In this document: one piece after another, positions 30,173-40,615 of the stretch | Numbering within the stretch: the first letter of the stretch is position 1 | Layout of the letters: every line of letters starts with the position of its first letter | Source: an uncultured Gammaproteobacteria bacterium | GTDB taxonomy: Bacteria; Pseudomonadota; Gammaproteobacteria; UBA4575 | Assembly (NCBI GenBank): GCA_943789445.1 | Contig: CALSUC010000002.1 | Coordinates: 460,256-524,255, forward strand | Direction: 5' to 3' | Length of the DNA stretch: 64,000 nucleotides | The notes under the pieces: model-generated | Seen by the model: the letters and a program-made list of their open reading frames with translations, nothing else | What the model was told of the DNA's origin: nothing | Database searches by the model: none | Translations under genes and position numbers: made by a program

Positions 30173-31021
30173 GTGCTGATATTTTCAGCAGGGCTGGAGA
30201 GATTCACTGTAACGTCTATGATATCGATTGAATTTATATTAGCGCTCTTACTATTAGGTGTCGTGGTAGGCTTTTTTGCTGGCTTATTTGGAATTGGTGG
30301 TGGAGGCATTATGGTGCCTATCCTAACCAGCCTCTTTCTTTGGCAATCTGTGCCATTAGAGCAGGTAGTCCATCTTGCTTTAGGCACGTCGATGGCCTGT
30401 ATCATCATGACAGCCATCGCAAGCTTGCGTGCGCATCATGCGCGGGGTGGTGTGCGATGGCCTATCGTACGTCTGATGACGCCGGGTGTGCTATTGGGGA
30501 CCTTTGTAGGAGCCTTCTTAGCCTCCATTCTCAGCACACAATATCTGGCCATCTTTTTCACCCTATTTATGGCCTTTATCGCCTTGCAGATGTTTCGTTC
30601 AGAGCCTGGCCAAAGTCGTCATGCCGATATTAATGGGCTTGGCATTCATGGGGTATCACTATCTATTGGATCACTATCTGCGTTGGTGGCGATAGGGGGT
30701 GGCTCATTGACAGTGCCTTATCTGCTTTGGCGTCATATTGATATTAAGACTGCGATTGGTACTTCAGCAGCGGTGGGTCTGCCGATTGCATTGGCCGGTA
30801 GCAGTGGTTACTTGGTGGCAGGCTGGGGGGTTGCGATAGAGCAAGAGTGGGTCTTGGGCTACATTTACCTGCCTGCAGTTATAGCCATTTCTATAGCCAG
30901 CTCATTGACTGCACCACTGGGTGCTAGGGCAGCACATGCCTTGCCCACGGGGCTACTTAAAAAGCTATTTGGTGTGTGCATGTTAGTGCTGAGCCTGCAG
31001 ATGTTAATCAGCGTGATGTAA
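30173..31021 (+). CDS. TauE/SafE (DUF81) family anion exporter
   Basis: A two-repeat membrane protein with GxGGG motifs. Confidence 0.7.
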   Translation: MLIFSAGLERFTVTSMISIEFILALLLLGVVVGFFAGLFGIGGGGIMVPILTSLFLWQSVPLEQVVHLALGTSMACIIMTAIASLRAHHARGGVRWPIVRLMTPGVLLGTFVGAFLASILSTQYLAIFFTLFMAFIALQMFRSEPGQSRHADINGLGIHGVSLSIGSLSALVAIGGGSLTVPYLLWRHIDIKTAIGTSAAVGLPIALAGSSGYLVAGWGVAIEQEWVLGYIYLPAVIAISIASSLTAPLGARAAHALPTGLLKKLFGVCMLVLSLQMLISVM

Positions 31022-31041
31022 GCTCAGATTAATGGCTTAGA

Positions 31042-33138
31042 TTAGTTAGCAGCAGTTTGCTTTAGTGGTTGAATCGCTTGGCTTTTACGGTTCCAGAAGA
31101 TCTTCAAATCATGTGCAATTTCTGCCGCCTCTAATAGCAGCACATCATTTTCTGGATCGATCTTGTTATCTTCGTCAAAGCTTTCTTCGTCCTGACTGTC
31201 TTTAATACCAAGTGCGGTTTCAAATTCTTTACGTTTGCTTTCTAGTTCATCAAAGCGTTTTTTACGTGTGGTCTCGTTTAGAGAGACGGTCTTGCGATCT
31301 GTTAGGGTCTCATTTAACTCAAATAACTTGACCATGGTTTGATAGCGTTGGTTATCAGCAACACGTGTTAAGTGCTGTTTATCTAACTGGTCAATTACAC
31401 TGCGAGCAATGACCTGACCTAAGTAACTTGCAGGTGTGATCTGGCTCCAAGGTAAGGCGTTCTTTAAGCTACGCTCACCTCGTTCACTGACTTTGATCCC
31501 TTCAACATAGTTGATATCAGGCAATACGCCCTTATGTTGTGTGCTACCACCATCGACACGGAAATACTGTGCAATAGTAGCCTTGAGCTGACCTAGCTTA
31601 GCTTTTTTACTTCGGCTAAAGCGATTTAGATCTATTAGTTGTTGTACCGAGCCTTTGCCATATGTGGCCTCACCAACAACGACTGCGCGACCATAGTCTT
31701 GTAGGGCGCTGGCAACGATCTCTGAAGCAGATGCACTAAAGCGATCGACTAAGACAACTAAAGGACCATCATAGGAAACACCTTTTTTGAGATCTTTGTG
31801 AATTTCTAGATTGCCACTAGAGTCTTGTACTTGCACTACTGGGCCATGATCAATGAAGAGACCAGCAAGATTGGTTGCTTCAATCAGAGAGCCGCCGCCG
31901 TTAGAGCGCAAATCTAATATCAGCGTATCAATATCTTCATCTTTTAGTTCATTAAGCAGTTGGTCTACGTCTCTGGTTGTGCTGCGGTAATTTTTCTCAC
32001 CTTTTTGGTAGGCAGCAAAATCCATATAGAAAGTAGGGATGGTAATGACACCGATCTTGCTACTGTCAGTTTCATGATTGATCTCTAAGACGGTTTTTTG
32101 TGCGGCCTGTTCTTCTAACTTAATCTTATTACGAGTCAAACTTATCTCTTCAGGGACGGCAGCATCACCTTGTTCACCACGAAGAAGTTGAAGTCTAACA
32201 ACGGTACCTTTTTTGCCTCGAATCAGATCGACTACTTCATCTAAACGCCAGCCAACAACATCAACAAAATTTTCTTCATCGACTTGTGCGATACCAATAA
32301 TGCGATCTTTAGATTTTAATAAACCACTGAGATCAGCTGGCCCGCCAGGGATGACGCGGCTAACCAGAGTGTATTCTCCATCTAAACGTAGCATTGCGCC
32401 TATACCCTCTAGCGATAGCGACATGCGGATCTCAAAGTTGTCGTAGCTGCGTGGGGATAAATAGCTGGTGTGTGGGTCTATGCTGGTAGCAAAGGCATTG
32501 ATAAATAATTGATAGACATCGTTTGAATTTAACTGATGACTACGTTTATTTATGCCTTCATAGCGTTTCTTTAAGGTTGTCTTGATTTCATCTGCTGTCT
32601 TGCCCGCTAGGTGCAATGATAAGACATCGTTCTTTACACGTTTACGCCATATATCGTTTTGTTCAAGTTGGCTATTGGGCCAAGAGGCCTCCTCGCGATT
32701 GATTAGGAAGACTTCATCTTTAGAGAAGTCAAAATCAGTTTCAAGTAGGGATAAGGCATAGTTCACGCGTTCACTAACACGTTGTTGATAGAGGGCAAAA
32801 AAGGAATAAGGTGCTCTGAGATCAGCGTTCAGTAAAAAGTCATCTAGCAGGTAGCGATATTGTTCAAAGTTTTGGATGTCGCTGGCTAGAAAGTAATTCT
32901 TTCCTGAGTCTAAGCTCTCTATAAAATGACTGTGTATTTTGTCTGAAAAGGCATCATCTAAATCAAATTTGCGATAATGGTAACGTTGTAGAAAATTAGT
33001 AATGAGGCTAGTTGCTTTCAGATGCACATCTGTTGGGCTCATCAGCACTGTGTCTGTATTGTTGTTGCTTAAGCTGTTGCTGCTTGCGAACAGGGATGAC
33101 AGGATCAGTAAAGCCAGAACGATATTTTTTCTAAACAC
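31042..33138 (-). CDS. prc: Tail-specific (C-terminal processing) protease Prc, S41 family
   Basis: It has a signal peptide, a PDZ domain and an S41 core (GGGSLIEA...), and is 698 aa. Confidence 0.9.
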   Translation of the reverse strand: MFRKNIVLALLILSSLFASSNSLSNNNTDTVLMSPTDVHLKATSLITNFLQRYHYRKFDLDDAFSDKIHSHFIESLDSGKNYFLASDIQNFEQYRYLLDDFLLNADLRAPYSFFALYQQRVSERVNYALSLLETDFDFSKDEVFLINREEASWPNSQLEQNDIWRKRVKNDVLSLHLAGKTADEIKTTLKKRYEGINKRSHQLNSNDVYQLFINAFATSIDPHTSYLSPRSYDNFEIRMSLSLEGIGAMLRLDGEYTLVSRVIPGGPADLSGLLKSKDRIIGIAQVDEENFVDVVGWRLDEVVDLIRGKKGTVVRLQLLRGEQGDAAVPEEISLTRNKIKLEEQAAQKTVLEINHETDSSKIGVITIPTFYMDFAAYQKGEKNYRSTTRDVDQLLNELKDEDIDTLILDLRSNGGGSLIEATNLAGLFIDHGPVVQVQDSSGNLEIHKDLKKGVSYDGPLVVLVDRFSASASEIVASALQDYGRAVVVGEATYGKGSVQQLIDLNRFSRSKKAKLGQLKATIAQYFRVDGGSTQHKGVLPDINYVEGIKVSERGERSLKNALPWSQITPASYLGQVIARSVIDQLDKQHLTRVADNQRYQTMVKLFELNETLTDRKTVSLNETTRKKRFDELESKRKEFETALGIKDSQDEESFDEDNKIDPENDVLLLEAAEIAHDLKIFWNRKSQAIQPLKQTAAN

Positions 33139-33387
33139 TATGTATGGGCCTTCTTAAGAGGACGCCGTTAGGCGGGTTACAGTGGTTCTAGTATATGCGT
33201 ATTTCTAAAGCAGTACGAGGCAAGCTACAGCCACTTAGTTCCTTATCTGTACAATATGGTGCAGGGTGTTGGCTAGTCAGAGCCTAAAATCTGATTTAGT
33301 ATGCGCGCCTGTCTATTGATTAAACTAATCATCAGATGGGTTTTTTGAACCCATAGATCTGAGTCTATGCAATTTGAGGAGTGCAGT

Positions 33388-33879
33388 ATGTCTGAAGCAC
33401 AAGAAAAGTCTCTTTTTATGACGCGTCTAATGACGCCTGATATGGCTAACTTTTCCGGTAAAGTACATGGTGGAGCGTTACTCAAGGTATTAGATGAAGC
33501 AGCTTATTCTTGCGCCTCACGCTACTGCAAGGCTTATGTAGTGACGGCTGCACTAGATCACGTGGGCTTTAAACGCGCGGTTATGGTGGGTGATCTGATT
33601 ACATTTAAATGTAATGTTAACTATGTTGGTCGTTCCTCGATGGAGATCGGTATTCGGGTTGAAGCGGAAAACATCAAGAGCACGACTAAATATCACGCCA
33701 TCTCCTGTTACTTCACTATGGTAGCGGTTGATGATGATGGTAAGGGCTTAGAAGTACCACGCTTACAGCTTAACTCTGAAGAAGAGAAGAAATTATTTGA
33801 AGCCGGCAAGATGCGTTGTGAAATGCGTAAAGAGATGGAACAGCGTAACCAAGAGTTACACGTCGGTCTGCCTGCCTAG
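33388..33879 (+). CDS. Acyl-CoA thioesterase (hotdog fold, YciA-like)
   Basis: The HGGALL motif is present. The start is set at ATG 33388, which follows a GAGGAG RBS. Confidence 0.8.
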   Translation: MSEAQEKSLFMTRLMTPDMANFSGKVHGGALLKVLDEAAYSCASRYCKAYVVTAALDHVGFKRAVMVGDLITFKCNVNYVGRSSMEIGIRVEAENIKSTTKYHAISCYFTMVAVDDDGKGLEVPRLQLNSEEEKKLFEAGKMRCEMRKEMEQRNQELHVGLPA

Positions 33880-33888
33880 GCTCTAACT

Positions 33889-35067
33889 TTAGGCGAGCTG
33901 CTGCAAGCCCTTAATCAAGCGTTGCATGCCGATATCGACGTTGTCTGAAGTCAGTGCACCATAAGAAACCCTAAGATAACCCTCTGTTGCAAAGGCGCTA
34001 CCAGGAATGGTGGCGACGCCATTTTCACGTATTAAATGATGAGCGGTTTCTAGATCGCTAAGCCTGCTTTGAATGCGTGCAAAGATATAAAAAGCGCCCT
34101 CTGACTGTACTCTTTGGCGCAAGACCCCTGAATCATTTAAGGCCTGTAAGCACAGTGCACGTGAGTTTTTGATCTCATTTAAGTGTGTTTGTAAGTAATG
34201 CGTATCGGCCTGCAAAGCGCCTAAGGCGGCAAGCTGAGAGACGATTGGGGGTGATATTAAGACCGTGTCTTGAACCTTGCGCAGCGTGTCTGCGAGCTCG
34301 GCAGGTACTAACATATAGCCCACACGCCAACCAGCAAAGCCATAGGCCTTGGAGAAGGAATAGAGGCTGATCGTATGGGCGGCGCTATTGTTCAAGCTAG
34401 CAGCAGAAAAATGTTCGGTGTCTTCAAACACAAAGTCTTCATAAGCTTCATCTGAAATATGATAAAGGCCATGTTGCTCGCACAGTTGATTGATTTCAGT
34501 CAGTTCTTCTTGGCTGTAGACTGCGGCACTCGGGTTATTAGGTGAAACAGTCACTATCGCTTTAGTGCGTGCTGTGATGTTGTTTTTGATGGCATCTAGA
34601 TCAGGATGAAAATTGTCTAAGGTAGGTGTTAATACTGCTTTAGCATTAGCCAGAGTAATGGCCATCTCATGATTGAAATAGAACGGCGTCAGCAGGATAA
34701 CCTCATCATCTGGGTCGAGCAGGGCCAACATCAAAGAGCTAAAGGCCATATTCGAGCCGGCAGTGACAAAGATTTCTTGCCCTTGATCAAAGCGGATCTG
34801 ATTTTTTTGTTCAAGCTTGTGGCGTAAAGCGGCTACTAGCTCTGGGATACCTTGTACCGGTCCATAGAGGTCCAGCTGTTTCTCATGTAAGCGATCTTCT
34901 ACTGCCGCTAGAGCTTCTTGAGGCGGAGAGAAAAAGGCAATGCCCTGACCTAATGAAATAGTCCCGGGGTGCTGACGAACCCAGCCATTGATGGTTGGAA
35001 TAATAGGGCTTCTAACCGCTGCACTACGTGCGCTGGGGCTGAGAAGGGCTGGAGTGGTGTCAGGCAT
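33889..35067 (-). CDS. Class I/II PLP-dependent aminotransferase
   Basis: It carries SFSKAYGFAGWRVGY with the PLP-lysine. The start is set at ATG 35065-35067, 4 nt after the stop of the upstream VWA gene. Confidence 0.8.
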   Translation of the reverse strand: MPDTTPALLSPSARSAAVRSPIIPTINGWVRQHPGTISLGQGIAFFSPPQEALAAVEDRLHEKQLDLYGPVQGIPELVAALRHKLEQKNQIRFDQGQEIFVTAGSNMAFSSLMLALLDPDDEVILLTPFYFNHEMAITLANAKAVLTPTLDNFHPDLDAIKNNITARTKAIVTVSPNNPSAAVYSQEELTEINQLCEQHGLYHISDEAYEDFVFEDTEHFSAASLNNSAAHTISLYSFSKAYGFAGWRVGYMLVPAELADTLRKVQDTVLISPPIVSQLAALGALQADTHYLQTHLNEIKNSRALCLQALNDSGVLRQRVQSEGAFYIFARIQSRLSDLETAHHLIRENGVATIPGSAFATEGYLRVSYGALTSDNVDIGMQRLIKGLQQLA

Positions 35068-35071
35068 GGCG

Positions 35072-37339
35072 TTACATCGTGATTCGTCTATAAATGTCCG
35101 ACACCTTATACGGTAATTTATCGACCTGGTCGACAATCGTGAAGTTTACTGGACCATACATATGTTTTAGGTAGTCTGCAGATTCTGTATCAATGGTGAT
35201 GCAGAAAGGATGAATACCCAAGAACTTTGCCTCGACTAAGGCGCGACGGGTGTCTTCAATGCCATAGACGCCACGATAGCCATCTTGGTCATCAGGCCGG
35301 CCATCGGATAGTGTAATCAATAGCTTACTCTTTGCTTCAACCTTGCTTAAGAGCTTACTCAGGTGACGGATGGCGACGCCCATGCGTGTATAGTCTTGCG
35401 GCTTGATACCTGCAATACGCGCCTTTACTTCCTTTGAATAAGGCTCATCAAATTCTTTGATCCGATATAGATCACAACGCTGATGGGTTCTGCCAGAAAA
35501 ACCATAGATGGCATACTGGTCACCTAAGAGTTGTAAAGATTCACACAGTAAGATCAATGCTTCACGCTCCATATCATTAATCCAACCAGAGGTAGAGCCG
35601 CTCATATCAACCATAAACATGACTGCAATATTGCGGTCGACTTTTCGTTGTTTGATAAAGAGGTTTTGACTTAACTCATGGCCATTGATGATATCGGCAT
35701 AGGATTCAATGACTGCATCTAGATCAATATCCTCACCATATGGTTGCTTGCGTAAGCGACGGTTATCGTCACGTAAGGCCTCAAAGGTACGGTTTAAACT
35801 CTTCATCAAACCATAGTGTTTTTTCAGAGTCTTGGCGGCAAAGTCTGATGTGATGGCAGGTACTGTCTGCTCATATAGGTGGCAGTAATCTTTGCGGTAT
35901 TTCTGGCGTGAGTGGTCCCACTCATCATACAAGGCAAGCGGCTCACCTAATGCTTCATTCTGTTCACTTTCAGCTGCGGCATTATCGTTATCAGTACTAG
36001 CCTTGTCTTCATTAGTCTCTAAGTATTCTTCTGGGATATCACCTACATCTTGTTGGATTGAATTCAACAGCTCTTGGATATCTTCTGGTATATCGACGGT
36101 CTTACCATCAAGCTCTAGATCATAACGATAGCCATCTGGACGTTGGTCATCTTCTACTTCGCGTAGCTCAAAGTTTTCTTCATCGGCGTCACCTTCGCCC
36201 GGCATCGTATCTGTGCCTGACATCAATTCTTCACGTAATTCAGTCAACTTCTCTTGCAGCTCAGCTTTTTCTTGATCTGTGCGTTCCTGAATCTTGCTAT
36301 TTGCCAGCTCTGGGTCTAATTCACCTTGATATAGCGTACGTTCTGGCAAATAAGCTTGGTCGTAAAGGGCGTAGAGTAGTTCCGCCGTATCGTGCACGGT
36401 CGCCTCTGGTGTCGATAGCTTTTCGATCGCCTGCTGCCAAGTGACAGGCAGGTCTGTCGCCGCTAGCAATGAATTAAATTGACGCATGGCGCGAGCGATA
36501 CCGGGTAGCTCCCGTTCTATCTGTTTGTCTAGACGTACGGTCTCTAAGGCATGGAATAGATTTAATGCGCGCTCACTGTCTTTAAAGGTAGCGACTAACT
36601 GTTGAATATTGATCCGGAAGGTACCGAACCAAGTTTGTGCCCATTGGTGTATGGCGATTGATTTATACAGCGCAAAGTTCTCTTCACGCGTCTTAAATTC
36701 ACTCAAACGTGCAGGGAGGTGCAAGGTTTCAGTATCGGTAAAGAGGTTTTCACTACTCTCTAAATTTAGTGAACGACCATTAAGACCCAACACAATACTT
36801 TCAACAACGCGGGATATTTCATCGTAGCTGACTGAGCTGGGTGCACTGCTTTTGCTAGCGACATATTGTTCTATCGCCTGCATTTCAGTAATTGCAGCCT
36901 GCACATCATGCGCTCGGTATTGACTGAGTATATGTTCAAGCCAATCAGCCCAGGCACCTTCGTCTAGTAACATCAGGGCGGGCGGGGCAAGGTGGCAGAA
37001 ATGGTAAGAGAGTTCGGCGTTTGCGTCTGAGACAGTAGTAGCGGATTGAATAAAACGTTCTTGGTCAGCCAGACTAAACTGAGTGAGCTGTTGTGCTGGT
37101 GCAAAGACACTGCGTGCGGTGGTTAATACCTGATCGACGACGAGTTCTAGGCGGAGCTGGATTTCCCGCTCACTCATTCCGCCATAAATGGAACCATTCT
37201 GATTGCGTCCGGCACGATCTAAGGACTGAATGAAACCGCCATCCTTTGAATAGGCCTTAATCTCGTACTGGTACTCAGGGTCTGCTGGTGCAGCTGTTGT
37301 GGATTTGCTCTTGTCGCGGCGCCAAAATCTGAAGTTCAT
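35072..37339 (-). CDS. NorD/CobT-like large VWA-domain protein
   Basis: It has a C-terminal VWA domain with a MIDAS motif (DMSGSTSG) and a long acidic linker; the product is 755 aa. No MoxR/CbbQ ATPase gene is nearby. Confidence 0.7.
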   Translation of the reverse strand: MNFRFWRRDKSKSTTAAPADPEYQYEIKAYSKDGGFIQSLDRAGRNQNGSIYGGMSEREIQLRLELVVDQVLTTARSVFAPAQQLTQFSLADQERFIQSATTVSDANAELSYHFCHLAPPALMLLDEGAWADWLEHILSQYRAHDVQAAITEMQAIEQYVASKSSAPSSVSYDEISRVVESIVLGLNGRSLNLESSENLFTDTETLHLPARLSEFKTREENFALYKSIAIHQWAQTWFGTFRINIQQLVATFKDSERALNLFHALETVRLDKQIERELPGIARAMRQFNSLLAATDLPVTWQQAIEKLSTPEATVHDTAELLYALYDQAYLPERTLYQGELDPELANSKIQERTDQEKAELQEKLTELREELMSGTDTMPGEGDADEENFELREVEDDQRPDGYRYDLELDGKTVDIPEDIQELLNSIQQDVGDIPEEYLETNEDKASTDNDNAAAESEQNEALGEPLALYDEWDHSRQKYRKDYCHLYEQTVPAITSDFAAKTLKKHYGLMKSLNRTFEALRDDNRRLRKQPYGEDIDLDAVIESYADIINGHELSQNLFIKQRKVDRNIAVMFMVDMSGSTSGWINDMEREALILLCESLQLLGDQYAIYGFSGRTHQRCDLYRIKEFDEPYSKEVKARIAGIKPQDYTRMGVAIRHLSKLLSKVEAKSKLLITLSDGRPDDQDGYRGVYGIEDTRRALVEAKFLGIHPFCITIDTESADYLKHMYGPVNFTIVDQVDKLPYKVSDIYRRITM

Positions 37340-37345
37340 AGCTAT

Positions 37346-38068
37346 TTAATCTGTAATTTGAGCGATCAGCAGATCCCGTGCTTGGTTAATCTTGACGGCT
37401 AAATAACTAGAGCCACCGCGATCAGGGTGAATTTTCTGCATCAACTGTTTATGTGCTTTCAGAATACTCTGTTTATCGGCCCCTGGCTCTAGTCCAAGGA
37501 TTGCATAAGCCTCATTTTCTGATAGTTGTGCAGTACTAGTTTCTTCTGTTTTATTCGACTGGTTTTGAGCGCGCCATTCAGTGCCATGGGTTCTGTCGAT
37601 GTAATTACCTAGTAATTGTTCGGAGTCAGGGTCTAGTTTTAGATAGCTTTGATACAGTTCTAACAGCTGATTTTGGTTTAATTGTTGTAACTCCATGCCT
37701 ACATGTAGGCCGCTTTTAACGCTGCCGGAGAGCTGCCCGCTGTCGTGATCTAGGCTCATACTTAAGTATTGGGTCTCCACCAATGACTGCTGACCATTGC
37801 TAGGCGCGTTATTACTCACGCGATTGAATACACCACGTAATAGGGGGGCATAGCGTAATAGACCGAACAGGCGCCTTACGACAGGAATCGCCGCACCTAT
37901 CAAGGCAAATAACCAATGCATGCGTCCGGTCGCAACCAGTATCAGCAAAACACCAGCGATAAGCATGGCGATTACCTTCCAGCGTTTCTCCACCGGTTGT
38001 CGTTTGAGCCAACGGACTAAGACCAAGGCGGCGATAATCGCGAGGATAAGTAGGACAATGCGTGCCAT
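37346..38068 (-). CDS. J-domain membrane protein (DjlA-like architecture)
   Basis: It has two N-terminal TM helices and a C-terminal J domain with HPD (AYAILGL...KIHPDRGG). Confidence 0.75.
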   Translation of the reverse strand: MARIVLLILAIIAALVLVRWLKRQPVEKRWKVIAMLIAGVLLILVATGRMHWLFALIGAAIPVVRRLFGLLRYAPLLRGVFNRVSNNAPSNGQQSLVETQYLSMSLDHDSGQLSGSVKSGLHVGMELQQLNQNQLLELYQSYLKLDPDSEQLLGNYIDRTHGTEWRAQNQSNKTEETSTAQLSENEAYAILGLEPGADKQSILKAHKQLMQKIHPDRGGSSYLAVKINQARDLLIAQITD

Positions 38069-38071
38069 AAA

Positions 38072-38764
38072 TTATTTTGCAGGTAGTTGTTTGATTAATT
38101 GCTTGAGTAAGGCATTTTTACCTTGATCGTGTTGCTGTAAGGCCTTTACTCCACCGACGGCATAGCTTGCCACAGCGGCTAATAATTCTCTCAGTTGTGC
38201 CAAGCTGTTTTCATCAAAGCGACAATAAGCACCGTTGCTGAGTTGGCTTAAATGACGAAAGGCCTTTTCGGCACTGCTGTTGTATCCTTCTTGAAAAATA
38301 AACAAGGGGATTCCTAAAAGACCGAGGCGGGCGGCATCATGTGCGATTGTATCGATAGATTCTTCAAAGCAATCGGCGACTAATACGACAGCCTTCATCT
38401 TTTGTTTGCTGCCTTGGCTGACGGCATGACCTAAAACCTGTCCTATCTGTGTGTGTCCAGCGAGGCAGCAGACGCTGCGCATTTGTTTTTGCAGAACAGT
38501 GCTGTTTTGACTCCATGGGAAGCTATGAAATTCACCGATGCCACGGTAATAGCACAGGCTGATCTCTAAACCTGCCGCTGCTGCAAACATGTCAGACTGA
38601 ATTTGACAGGCCATGTTCCAGCTAGCTTCTCGGCTAGCGGTAGCATCCATGGCAAATAATAGGCGACCCTTGGCCTTATCTTGGGCCTGTGTATTAGGCA
38701 GGTGTTGCTTGCTAGCCGCTAGGAAAGCCTTTACTGAGCTAGTGGTGGAGAGGTCTTTTGGCAT
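38072..38764 (-). CDS. Small VWA-domain protein
   Basis: It has a MIDAS-like DATAS motif and a Rossmann-like core; the product is 230 aa. Confidence 0.6.
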   Translation of the reverse strand: MPKDLSTTSSVKAFLAASKQHLPNTQAQDKAKGRLLFAMDATASREASWNMACQIQSDMFAAAAGLEISLCYYRGIGEFHSFPWSQNSTVLQKQMRSVCCLAGHTQIGQVLGHAVSQGSKQKMKAVVLVADCFEESIDTIAHDAARLGLLGIPLFIFQEGYNSSAEKAFRHLSQLSNGAYCRFDENSLAQLRELLAAVASYAVGGVKALQQHDQGKNALLKQLIKQLPAK

Positions 38765-38914
38765 ATCAGTTTAGATTCCGATGAGTTTCAACTTTCTTAG
38801 CCTAGATGCTAGCGAAGGCGCTTGGGGTAAAGCAAGTACTAGTCTTATTGCTCGTAACTTAAGCAGCCTGACTACGATACATAAGCTACACTGTTTTTTT
38901 TATTTGATGATGTT

Positions 38915-39820
38915 ATGACTACTTATCGACCTACTGCCTGGCTAGGCCTGCTGACGCTAGTGGTGATGTTTGGCTCAGCGTTTTTGCTGACCAAGATTGC
39001 CCTCAATGATATGCCACCATTAACCGTGGTTACTTGGCGTATTGTGGTTGCGGCTTTAACGCTATGGTGCATCGTCTTATACCAGCGAAAGGCAATTTCT
39101 GAATTACTGCCTTACTGGAAAATATTTCTACTGTTGGCCTTAACAGGTAATTGCTTGCCATTCTTTTTGATCGCTTGGGGTCAACAGTATGTCGACAGCG
39201 GTTTGGCCGGTATTTTAATGGCGATGATGCCTCTAGTTACTATCATCCTAGCGCATTTCTTCGTTGTTAATGAACGCATTACCTTAAATAAGGCGATTGG
39301 CTTTGGGCTTGGTTTTATCGGTATCTTGATCTTAATGCGCCCCGATATCGGGGCTGAGAAGGTGACAGATTGGGCGGTATTAATAGCGATGCTATCTATT
39401 CTCTGTGGCGCGGTTAGCTATGCCGCTAACTCGGTGATTGCACATCAATTACCGAAGATTAGCTTGAGCCTGATTTCACTCGGTGTATTGTCTTTTTCTA
39501 GCATCATCATTATGTCGATCTGGCTGTTCTTATATGGCCTTGATGGTTTTGATAGCATAGTAAAAAGCTCAGATATGGCGATTTATTCAGTCATTATATT
39601 AGGTGTTTTCCCCACAGGACTGGCGACTATTGTTTACTTCAGTGTGATTCGTCGGGCAGGTGCTGCATTTTTGTCGCAGATCAACTACCTGATCCCACTC
39701 TGGGCGGTCATGATTGGAGTTTGGTTTGGTGGTGAGCAGCTTTCCTGGAGTGCTCTGGTCGCGCTGCTGGTGATTCTGTGTGGTATTGCGATTGCGCAAC
39801 GCGGATCACGGGCGGCTTAG
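38915..39820 (+). CDS. EamA/DMT family transporter
   Basis: A 10-TM protein with a duplicated EamA domain. Confidence 0.75.
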   Translation: MTTYRPTAWLGLLTLVVMFGSAFLLTKIALNDMPPLTVVTWRIVVAALTLWCIVLYQRKAISELLPYWKIFLLLALTGNCLPFFLIAWGQQYVDSGLAGILMAMMPLVTIILAHFFVVNERITLNKAIGFGLGFIGILILMRPDIGAEKVTDWAVLIAMLSILCGAVSYAANSVIAHQLPKISLSLISLGVLSFSSIIIMSIWLFLYGLDGFDSIVKSSDMAIYSVIILGVFPTGLATIVYFSVIRRAGAAFLSQINYLIPLWAVMIGVWFGGEQLSWSALVALLVILCGIAIAQRGSRAA

Positions 39821-39892
39821 TCTAGCTTAATGCTCGCAGCTCTCAGGGCTAAGAAGCCTTAGAAATAGGCCTGAGGGCTTTGTTTATTCACT

Positions 39893-40564
39893 TCAGGCGG
39901 CAAGGCCACCGACACGCACATAAATCAAACAGCCTTCACGTGAGAACGGTTTATGTACGCTCATATGTGGGCCGCGGATCCAAGAGCCAGCGGAGTAGCT
40001 GCCATGTTCATCTTCAAAACAACCTTGAAGCACAAAGATCTCTTCACCACCAGGATGGGTGTGTTGATGAAAGAAAGTGCCAGCTTCCCAGTGCACCAAA
40101 GCCATGCTTTCAGGATGACTTTTTTGTGAATACAGCGGTAAGACCGACAAGCCGTCGACCATGCCCTGTTGCCAAGGGGTATTGCTAGTATCGATATGGA
40201 CTTGAGGCCGATCACCAGCATATTGGCGCAAGCGAACGAGTAAAACACAGCCTTCATCAGAGAAGGGCGCATGTTCGCTGCCGTCTGGATTGAGTAAATA
40301 ACTACCTGCTGGATAGCGCCCATGGTCATCACAGAACTCACCCTCTAACACTAATATCTCTTCACCCTGTGGATGGGGATGGCTGTGAAACTGGCCGCCG
40401 GCCTGGTAACGAACCAAACTGGTTACTGCACCAAACTCACCCCCTTCACGGTAGAGCGGTTTACGCCAGACAGTGCCGCTAGGGCTGCTCTCCCATTCCA
40501 TGGCATTCGTATCTAAGACGATGCGTTGACTTAGGTCGGCATTGATATCAGGTAAAGAAGACAT
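39893..40564 (-). CDS. Bicupin (two cupin domains) protein, ChrR-C-terminal-like
   Basis: It contains a duplicated HxH...GEEI(L/F)VL(E/Q)G cupin motif. Confidence 0.7.
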   Translation of the reverse strand: MSSLPDINADLSQRIVLDTNAMEWESSPSGTVWRKPLYREGGEFGAVTSLVRYQAGGQFHSHPHPQGEEILVLEGEFCDDHGRYPAGSYLLNPDGSEHAPFSDEGCVLLVRLRQYAGDRPQVHIDTSNTPWQQGMVDGLSVLPLYSQKSHPESMALVHWEAGTFFHQHTHPGGEEIFVLQGCFEDEHGSYSAGSWIRGPHMSVHKPFSREGCLIYVRVGGLAA

Positions 40565-40615
40565 GGTAAATATCGATCAAATAAATGGAGGCTATTGTAA
40601 AAACAGTCTTAGGAA

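Noticed and set aside
39821-39892. Direct-repeat-like TCAGGGCT / TGAGGGCT motifs between the convergent EamA and bicupin genes as a terminator or repeat element
   Set aside because: No stable inverted repeat with a U-tract could be drawn, so it is probably coincidental.
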